A DNA stretch of 56,221 bases, counting the filler, from Platydemus manokwari (taxonomy: Eukaryota), in assembly GCA_037951405.1 (NCBI GenBank). It is 4 parts of 4 records of this genome, joined end to end, with 100 filler letters (N's around TTAATTAATTAA, not from the genome) between each part and the next. Parts side by side here need not be neighbours in the genome. Positions count along the whole stretch, not along the records: positions 30,190 to 43,908 come from JBBMOY011635848.1; positions 44,009 to 56,221 come from JBBMOY010246672.1; 2 more parts are not named here. One strand, 5' to 3'. Position 1 is the first letter of the stretch. Every line of letters begins with the position of its first letter. Both the position numbers and the translations under genes were made by a program. Shown here piece after piece: positions 40,202 to 56,221 of this stretch. Below the pieces are notes generated by a model that worked only from the letters and a program-made list of their open reading frames with translations, searched no databases and had not been told where the DNA came from.

Positions 40202-40706
40202 AGTCCAATGATTATAATTTTGCTTTTATTTGAATAAATATTTCTTTGATTTCGCTAATTCATGTATTAATTTATTATTACATTTCATTGGCATTTATTT
40301 CTATACAGATAATATTTCCATTTTAATAATCGTCAGAAAATCTGATGACAAATTTTTCTGTAACACATCTTATTGGTTTTAGATAATGAGTTATTTTTTT
40401 AAATAGTTTTCGGGATGTAGTTTGATAGGTCGTTTTGCTAATCTGAATACTGGAATCATTAATATTCGTGTTGAGGAGTAAAATTCGATAGATGCCATCA
40501 TTATTTGGCTTTATGTATTCTACATATTATGAATGTGTGTTATCGGTTCTTGATTTTTTCTATGAATCTTTAATATAAATACACTTTTATTTAATTTTTC
40601 ACTGCCAAATTTTTACTTAAAAAACAATAATAATAAGATTTTATTGATGGTTAAAACCTAATAAATACATATTATAAAGTTATAACTTAGAATTGATGAT
40701 GGAATC

Positions 40707-42231
40707 TCAATGTCTTGTGATGAAATTGTGTTTGAGAACATCTCCTAGAATCAATTGAAATTAACTAATGAATTATAGATAATATAATTGGTAACCTGCA
40801 AAATATCTGTTGGATGGATGTAATTCCAGCATCTTGGAAATCAATTGAGACAATTCTTCTGAACCATGTTGTGAGTAACTAAAACGGATTTCATTGTTTA
40901 TTTATTTCCCCAGCAAAGCGTCTTACTCCAAATCATTAATATTCTTTGACATCATGTAACACACGATTATTCCTAAACTCCATATGTCGACATTGCAATT
41001 AGAATCTTTTCGTGCTACTAATTCAGGTGCCTGATTGATATCATACATTAATGGAATAATATATATTTTACCATGAAGTATTGATTACCAATCGAGGTCA
41101 TTCCATAGGCGTACTTTATAATTTTTGATATTCCAAAATCAGCTGAATAAAATTATTCTCGTTGAATTTTGAACAATTAACTGTTACATTTATTATTTTA
41201 TATGTACATGAATACTGAATGTGAAATAATATTTTCTGAAAATAATTATCAAGCATCCAATCAGAATGACTCAATAATTGTTACTAAATTTATATTTGAA
41301 ATTTCATTGGGTTTCGTGTAATAACTTTGACATTATTTATTCATTTTTCAAATGTATTCATTGTTTTGAAATCATGGAAATCAGAATGACTCAATAATTG
41401 TTGCTAAATTTAGATTTGGAATTTCATTTGGTTTCATTTTTCAGACATTATTTCCATTCATTTTTTAACATTATTTATCATTTTGAAATATTGATATCGA
41501 TTATTAATTAATTATTCATTCAATCTCACCAATTTTATAACTTATTTGATTTTGTGGACGCTTTATGAGGATATTTAGTGGCTTGATATCACGATGAACA
41601 ACATTATTATGGTGGAGGTATTTCAATCCATTGGCTTAATTGAAAGGCATTAATATTTCATTTATTAGCACATTTGTTCCTTACCTATTTGACGAACGAA
41701 ATTTCGAATTTCACCTTCAGTAATTTCTCTGCCTTCAATGAAATATTTAATAATTCAAATAATTTTCGTCAAATGTCTCACCAACACTTCGAATTCTATC
41801 TTCAAGATCTTCATCGCATGGTTCCATAATCAAGAATAATTTTCCATTTAAAATCTGAATAAATGAGCTCAATAATTTATTCGGATATAATGTTAAAGAA
41901 AATTGACTTCGTGATCCAGCAGCCGCACGATGTTCTTACAATTCAAGCCCTTGTTATATATTTATAATATAATTGCTAAAATTAACTGAATTACTTGTAT
42001 GTGTTCTATTTCTGATTTTTGATTGTTATAATTATCATTGAGATAAAAGTTATCAATAACTTTGATTGCAACCTCTTTACTTGTCTGTAATTACATACAA
42101 GATTACAAAAAAGAATCAAGAATGTATAAAATACTCACTTTATTATTTCTGCCTCGATATACATATCCAAAAGCACCTTTTCCAAGAAAATCTTTTTTAT
42201 TATATCCATAATATCCGATATTCCACAACAT
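40707..42231 (-). CDS. Ser/Thr protein kinase, ULK/Atg1-like, kinase domain only (~245 aa, about 10 short exons)
   Basis: Spliced: MLWNIGYYGYNKKDFLGKGAFGYVYRGRNNK|TSKEVAIKVID...EIEHIQ|GLNCKNIVRLLDHE|ILNGKLFLIMEPCDEDL...|...VRQI|ANGLKYLHHNNVVHRDIKPLNILI...YKI|ADFGISK...SIGNQYFM|APELV...VDIWSLG...|...LISKMLELHPSNRYFA|GDVLKHNFITRH*. All junctions are GT-AG and in phase. Confidence 0.85.
41259..41490. repeat. ~120-bp tandem duplication inside a kinase intron
   Basis: TCAGAATGACTCAATAATTGTT.CTAAATTTA.ATTTG.AATTTCATT.GGTTTC at 41261 and again at 41381. Confidence 0.85.
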
Positions 42232-43908
42232 CTTTAGATATTGGAAAATGAAAATTTGATGAAAACATGGCGTTAAATTATAATGGTTAATTCATAAACC
42301 AATAGAAATTCGACACGTAATGTCGTAATTTTAAATTTGGAATTCCATCACACATTTTACGGATTTTGACTTAATTGATTTATAAAGTCATCTGATAATT
42401 TTCTAAATTCGCTGCATTGCAAGGGTTTTATTAAAATGTAATTATGTGTAACGAATAGTTGATTAATATTTATAATTAATGATGAATTTGTTATGGATTT
42501 AATTATAATTTTATTATTTGCATTGTTATTGCAGATGGGAATTGTAATTCTGTACTAGTATTTGCAAAATAAATTCACTATTAGAACAACATTTACGTGA
42601 AACAAATGTGATACAGATTTTTGAGTTCAAATAAAATTAGAAAATATTTTTGAAATTAATCTCTAATAAAAATTATAATATATTATGAAAATCCGTAATA
42701 TTATCTTATTCAATCAACTGATTAGTATTTATGATTATTAGTATTTATGATTATGATCGTTATATTAATAATAATAATAATAATTAATATGATCATTATT
42801 ATTATTATATTTGTTATTATTATTACTATGTATCAATGGAGTTTAGAAATAAATTATCTTCTACTACGATACTACATCCAATATGTGCAAGTTTAATTTT
42901 GTTATAATACCTGATAAGAATATCATAATAAATAAAGATTATGGAGTTTGTATTCGTAGATAAATGATCTTAATGATAAATCAGGTGATCTTGAACAGCC
43001 TTAAATTTTCCACCAGAAGTTGGCATCATCATCATCTGGTATTTTGTGAAGTATTTTTAAAACCAAATTTAGCGATTCCAAACCTCATATTTTTGAGTTT
43101 CATATAAGATATTCATGAACCATGATCATTCTACAAGAAACATGATTCAGATGAGGATTTTTATAATTTTGAAATTTGGTTTGAAAAATTTCACCGTCTG
43201 ATATGTCATACCAGAAGAAATATAATTTTTGAAATTAATAAAAAAAATAATCAGAAACTACATCCAATTTATTACAATGTCTTCATTCATTTGGTATAAA
43301 TTCCAAGAGAAATAAGTCTTTTTCTTTTGTTCTTTTACATTATTTTGACGATTTGTGGTTGAGGACTAAAATTTTACTATGTCACTTGACAACAACTCTT
43401 GCCAAAACCATAACTATAGAAAACGCATCCCGATATATTTTATATGCATAAAGGTTTAGTTAAAAAATTAATTAAGAAATAAATTAAAATTAACATTTTC
43501 AAAAGCGATTTAGAAATCTTCATTGAAAATAAATGAATGACAAGTGGTCAGCGATTTGCTTATGTACTGACCTTAATAAAACATCTTTACTTTTATTTAT
43601 TAAGAAATTAGCGGCTATTTATTTAAAACTACATTCCTCGTTCGCTAAGAACCTAATCCAGGATGAAAAGTACAGGGCCGATTAAGTTCGAAATAACGAG
43701 AAGTTCTCATTTTAACAATATTCGCTAAGATATTGATTTTATTGAGTATCATTTTTGATATTGTGAATCAGACATTGTAGAGCTTTACCTGGAGAAACCT
43801 GATGAATTATTCGAAAAATACTGAAACACACAAATATTAGGTGTACCGGAAAATAATATCGTATTTTGTGATTGAATAAAAACACTTAATTTTATATTAA
43901 TATACATA

Positions 43909-44008
43909 NNNNNNNNNNNNNNNNNNNNNNNNNNNNNNNNNNNNNNNNNNNNTTAATTAATTAANNNNNNNNNNNNNNNNNNNNNNNNNNNNNNNNNNNN
44001 NNNNNNNN
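43909..44008. other. Artificial contig spacer with TTAATTAATTAA
   Basis: Same 100-nt structure as the other two spacers. Confidence 0.95.
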
Positions 44009-47000
44009 AACATCAGTCATAAATTTCACTTTGAAAATATCTTTGTCAATATCGGTAATGCTGGAAATGAAATCAAATATAAAGCTCGTTTAACAAGTAG
44101 ATTTAGTCAATGTATAAAATAAAATCACAAGTCGAATTAATATGATCTCGATCACTGCAAGTTACACTACAAACTCCTTCCATTAATAACATACAAGAGT
44201 TACAGGTTTATTTTACAGATTTTCAATGAGGAATTTTCATGACTTAATTAACATTAAGATGACAGATTTATAAAAACAAACCTTAATAAATTTATCACAA
44301 ATGAAAATATTTTGAACACTATCTTTTGTTTTAATCAATCTCCGGGAGTCATTATGATTCTCGGAAAATTATAAATTATTTCTTAACTGATTCTTCCTAG
44401 ATCATTTCAAAATTCATGTAAATACGAGATGTTTGTTATTGGACAATGTTAGTAAAACCTTTTTGTTTGGTCAATGATGCGAGCGCTACCACATAAATTG
44501 TCTATTTATAATTTATTGTAATTAATCTTGTTCTACCTTTGCCAATAAAGGTAATGCAATGATCACGATATAATGCTTTAGAACTAATGAGCAATAACTT
44601 ATAATATTTGTTACAGTCAATAATAAAGGAACTGTATACTAGATATAATACAAAAAATATCTTACCGATCTTTTCTTGATCTCAAATGGTAATTGTAGTC
44701 GAATGATCGGACTTGTATAATTTCCAGTCTAATTTTTCGCTTATCTATCACTGGCGGCTTTAAGGTCTGACGAATCTTGATGTAACTTTTGAATTGTATC
44801 ACAATGTTTCGGCCAACTGCTAAACATAACTGGGTCTGGTTTTATGATTCTTTATTGTCGAGACTTTTTCCAGTTAAATAATTTCTTTTGTTACTATTTC
44901 TTTTAATTTTTCAATTCTGAAAATTTAGACAATAAAGGGGAATTTCAGTTCTTATAAGGGCTTATTTGGTCTTTTAGTTATTTTTATTAAACGTAAATGT
45001 GGGTGGTATTTCATTTCAGTATTTATATTATTCCAGATTATTTTAATGCTTGTTTTATTGATGAGCCAAAATGTGGGTTATTATTTCTGGATTTTTAAAT
45101 TAAGCTTTATTTGCTTTTAGTTTACGATTTTTTTTAATATCATTTTCTTCTGAAATTATCAGAAAAAATAAAAAATATATTTATTCTAATAAAAAGACGT
45201 TTCTTTTAACCCCCAAATCAAACTTTCTTCACTAAAATTAACAGTTTTTCATTAAAATATTATTATAAAAACATTATATTGTCATTAATACCCATATTTT
45301 AATCCTGAAATCATTGGAAGATAATCGATATTAAAAATCTTTTTACAAATTCATTGCCGATCAATTATCGTCGATGGGTAATGTAAATTAGAAATGTAAA
45401 TTGGTTTTCAAAAAATAAAATTTTAATAACACTTTCAACACGATAAGTTAATCTCGATATAATTTTTCCATAATTATATTTACGTAACTATTTAAACTAT
45501 AAAAACTATTTTTACTTCGGCTAACAGAAATCAAGCTGAGAATGGCACTTGTTTTTGTAAATGAAATCAAGCAGAAAGATTTTTCAAATTAAAACAAATG
45601 TTATAAAGTTACCTTCACACTGATTTGTTATTTTTAATTTTCTTCTGTGACTCTTTTGCTCTGCTTCCGATTGACTGATCGTTCGTTTCAAACTTGCCGG
45701 CTCACAATGAAAGTGTTTCTATCGGACGCATTGTTTAGTTTTATCTGTCTGTTGAAATTTGGTAGAAAAAAATATTAATTTGTTTATTATTATATTATTG
45801 TTTGTTTATTTTGTTTATATTATTATTGATTTATTATTATTATTATTATTAATATTATTATTAAAGAGCTCATCTAATACGAATATAATAAAAATAAAAT
45901 ACTAGAATATATAATTAAACAATGTTTTATAAGTGATTGTTCTGATGTTTAATAATGGAAGTGACACCGCTGAGAAATTGTTACAAAATCGGAACAAATG
46001 CAGGCCAAAATACCAACTCAGTAAAGTTGGTGGAAATTGGACTATCTGTTCGAGTAATTCAACCGATTTAAGGATAGAAAAAGACAAATTCTTTATAAAT
46101 AAGGAGGAATTCTGATTGAGATTGCCATTTCGTAGAACTTAAAGATCAAGCAAGAGTCTGATTGCTACCTGAGCAACAAGAAAAAAATTATCTAGGAGGA
46201 ATTTTTGAAGAAAATCAAGAGAAACTGTTTCGGAAAAAACAAAAATCAAAACTTATGTTGAAACAAATTCTATTATAGCAGGTCATTTCATTTTTATTTT
46301 ATTAAAGGTAATTCCGAATATCGGTAAAGGTAAAATATTTAAAGTGACACCAACTAATTATATGTGAATTATTAATAATTCGTCATTCAGTGAATTTAAA
46401 GCATAGCCTTCTTCCATAATTTCTTTAAGCTGTTATCGGACATTGTACGTTGTTATCATATATGATTATTCGTCAGATATATGATTGTTAAATAACAAGA
46501 CATCATGATTTCCAAATACATATTTGTGTGTATCATTACACCTACTGGTATCACGTAATTAATTAATTCATGTTGTATTTTACTTTAACTGTTAGGTTAG
46601 ATAATAAGCACAGTATCGTTTGAGATATTCTAAAATCATTCGATTATTTTAGTACACCATTTATCTTCAAACATTTATTATCATCTTCATAGGCCAGTAT
46701 AAATATTAAATATGTACTATAATTACAAGATATGCTTGCAATGATAGAAAACAAAAAGTCGTTATATAGTTGATTCTAATTTAAATCATAATACTACACA
46801 AATTATAAAACATGCAAATGAAGAATGTTTTTTAATTCATGTGATTGTTGTGTAGTCAATTTATTATAACAAAAAATTATCACATTTAATAATTTTTCTT
46901 TAATTTTCAACTCTCATTTTTCATTCAAATTATCATTCAAAGTCCTAAATTAAATAACAAATTCAGATTTCTATTAAACGAGAAAAATAATACAAGAAAA

Positions 47001-47022
47001 ATAAATATAAATGTATATTTAA

Positions 47023-53377
<6,355 letters not shown>

Positions 53378-56221
53378 CTGTAAATCACTTTAATGTTTTA
53401 TTTATTAAAAGTGATTTATCTATTTGAAATTCCGATTTCGATAATTTTCTTAGTCAAATCAATCGATATTTATATGGAAATTTATCCTATGAATTCTGTG
53501 TTAATTATGTAATTAACTTTTGTAATTAGGATGTGAATAATTAGTCATTAATGTTTTCTGTATGGGATATTTGGATTATCAAAATATGATCAATTACGTA
53601 TACACACTCATTGTAATACAAATCATACAACACTTAATTCTATCATCAATTTTATGTAAAAATGATTTTGTTCAAATGATAAATCTTTGAAAAAATTAAT
53701 CGAACTTCCTAATGATATTTTAAATTATAATCTTCATAAAATTTAACAAATAAATGTGACGATGTATTATTTTCATTCATATGGATAATAGTGAATGAAT
53801 ATGATAAAGTGAAAACCATTTCTTTGAATTAATATGCTCAATAATTTCTTAAAATGAAGGAAATTTTCATCTAAAAATTACTACAAAAAACATCGTCTTA
53901 ATTTCCCATTGAATTCAATACAATAATTTCATTTGCTTTAATTTTGTTTTCATTTTCAATAACGATATAACCATTCAATATGATTATCTACATTTGTTAT
54001 TACTATCCAAAAATGAGATGAAGTAATGGATAACAAATTCAGCATCATTGATTTATTCAAGAAATCATTCATCTTGAAATTTGGTTATAACAAATCTTTA
54101 TACTGTAATCGATATGCTTACATTATATCAATCTAATTTAAAAATTCATATATCACCATTTCATGAATTCAACAACCCTAATTTTGATTATTATTGCCAT
54201 TAACAGACTCCATGATTTAATTTATTCGTATTATGGATTTCAATAATAATTTTAGCTTAAATGATATGAAATAATAATGAAAAGTATAATATATTTACCA
54301 TTATTGCTATCAATGTTTATGTCAACCATGTATTTCCTATAATCCTTTTTTATATTTGTAAAGGTTTAAAAGTTTATAATGAAAGACGAAATTTTGAGTA
54401 AAAATCTGTATTGGATGTTTTAATATTATCTATAAGATCTGCAGAATTCGTTATAGGATTTTAAACTTATTTTTATCATTGTAATGGTTATCATTTTTTT
54501 TAATAATAAAACTGCGAAGATTTCTAGCAATATCAAATTGTTTATTTTTAAATATTATTTCATCAATTTTTTATCAAAATCATTATATCATAATTTTTTT
54601 AAAGAAAGACTATTTCACAATTCATCTTAAAAATGTGACGCTTTCAGTGCGATGACATTGAAACGTAAAATATTGAGTTTTGAATAATAATTCAATCATA
54701 ATTCAGTATTTACATTTGAATATTATTGGAATAGGCTAAATAATAGTTGCTTAAAGCTTTATTTAATCTCTAAAGAAATTATATAAATAGCATAATCTGA
54801 TGTTTTGGAACACTGCATTTCCTGATTGTTTTTATGTTCAATGTCAAGAAAGATAAGTGGTTTATAATGATTGTTTTTAAATATCACTATAATTTGTCTA
54901 TTCCATTTAAAATTTAAACCAATACTATAATCAAATTATTTTTGGATATCAAGTCCACCTGTTTATTTGAATACTGAAGAAAGTTGGACATTATAAATAA
55001 ATCAATGATTTGTTACGGTCAATAAAGTTTTGTGTTTTTAACTGTCATTTAATTGGTCATCACCGTGTTTTTGGAATTCTTGGGAAAAATAATGTTAATG
55101 ATGATTATTCATTATCATTTAAAATTATTTTGATAACGATGAAATGAAAATGAAAAAAATTAAGAAACATCAACAAACTTTTTGATTTTTCAGTCATCAT
55201 TCTTTTATGTTTTTCTTAAATTATTATTCTTTTTTTATACTTTTCATAAATATTTATTTTATTTTATTTTAAATGAATACATAAAATAATTAACCAACAT
55301 TATCTCTGTCAACTGTCTTGCCAATTTTCTTTAGTCTCATTGAAGAGTTGTTGTAGAGGTTATCACGTGTAATTTTATTTATTGGGTTATATTTTTCATT
55401 TTCCCAATGTAATTCCCTCAATTTATAGACTCATTTTCTCCATCTTATTCGTAATTATGATTTTGTGGAAGAAATTTATTCACAATTGGAAAATTTCTGC
55501 GTTCATGATCCGGTATTTCTCTTTCCAAACGCCATTCCTCTTAACAGCCACATTTTTTCCAATTCCCCAAAAATGACGGTTAGGAGGAGGAATACTGTAT
55601 TATGGATTTTTCTTTTGTATTATTTTATCTGGATATCATTAATTTAAAGATTTTTATATACATTTAGCTTTGTTAATAGCATACGGACTGAATGATGGAG
55701 TTTATTGCATATACATTTCTTAATAATTTATTCAGTGTAGACAAAATTATCGATCCTTATTATTAGTGAAAGAATATGCTTAAATGAAGGAAATGTCTCA
55801 TAAATTATTGAGAAAATGTTTTAAATTGATTAAGTATTTTTGGGTTGAGAAAATCATGGTCACGCTAATTATTGGGTTTATCGAACTTCTTTATAGGAAG
55901 TTTCATTTTACTAATTCATTAAATCAAACAAGTATCACATCGAAATGATCGAAAATTATGAATTCATTAAGAAATGTTTACAAATAAAACTGAAAGCAGA
56001 GATATTTTTTTTCTACTGATAGACAAATGATAAGAATTTGAATTTGGAACATTTCTGAACATTTCTTCATCATTGTTAATGTACCAGTTATTTGGAACTT
56101 ATAAGTATAATTAAAATGTATGTGAATGAAACTTATAACTTTATTTAGATAATATCATTGCCATCGTGGAAAAATTTGATTTCAAAAGAGTCTTGGCATT
56201 GCTTACCTAAATCTTGTATAT

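Noticed and set aside
42900-43900. Exon-like minus-strand segments, also at 33300-33810
   Set aside because: Could not be spliced into a consistent, recognisable ORF.

Overview
Very AT-rich eukaryotic (animal) genomic scaffold with many short (~50-60 bp) GT-AG introns. The composition is compatible with a planarian or other flatworm, but that is inference only. Four segments are joined by artificial 100-nt N spacers containing TTAATTAATTAA. Splicing by hand recovers six genes, and the ORF track misses or fragments most of them: (1) a compact L1CAM/neuroglian-family adhesion gene with TM, FIGQY and PDZ tail (7836-12570, -); (2) an intronless SLC35F1/2-type transporter (19176-20207, +); (3) a multi-exon homeobox gene whose homeodomain has His in place of the near-invariant Trp48, plus Lys50 (34447-35643, -); (4) a non-canonical CDK1-like kinase with PSTCLRE (38318-40201, +); (5) a convergent kinase-domain-only ULK/Atg1-like kinase (40707-42231, -); (6) a full type IV collagen alpha chain (47023-53377, -). 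Mobile DNA includes a Ty3/Gypsy RT fragment, two to three RLE-clade non-LTR relics, a TA-flanked DD35E IS630/Tc1-type transposon with asymmetric subterminal repeats, and a lone hAT terminus. An intronic ~25-bp satellite rich in AAAATCGATA and a dispersed ~180-bp degenerate repeat are also present.
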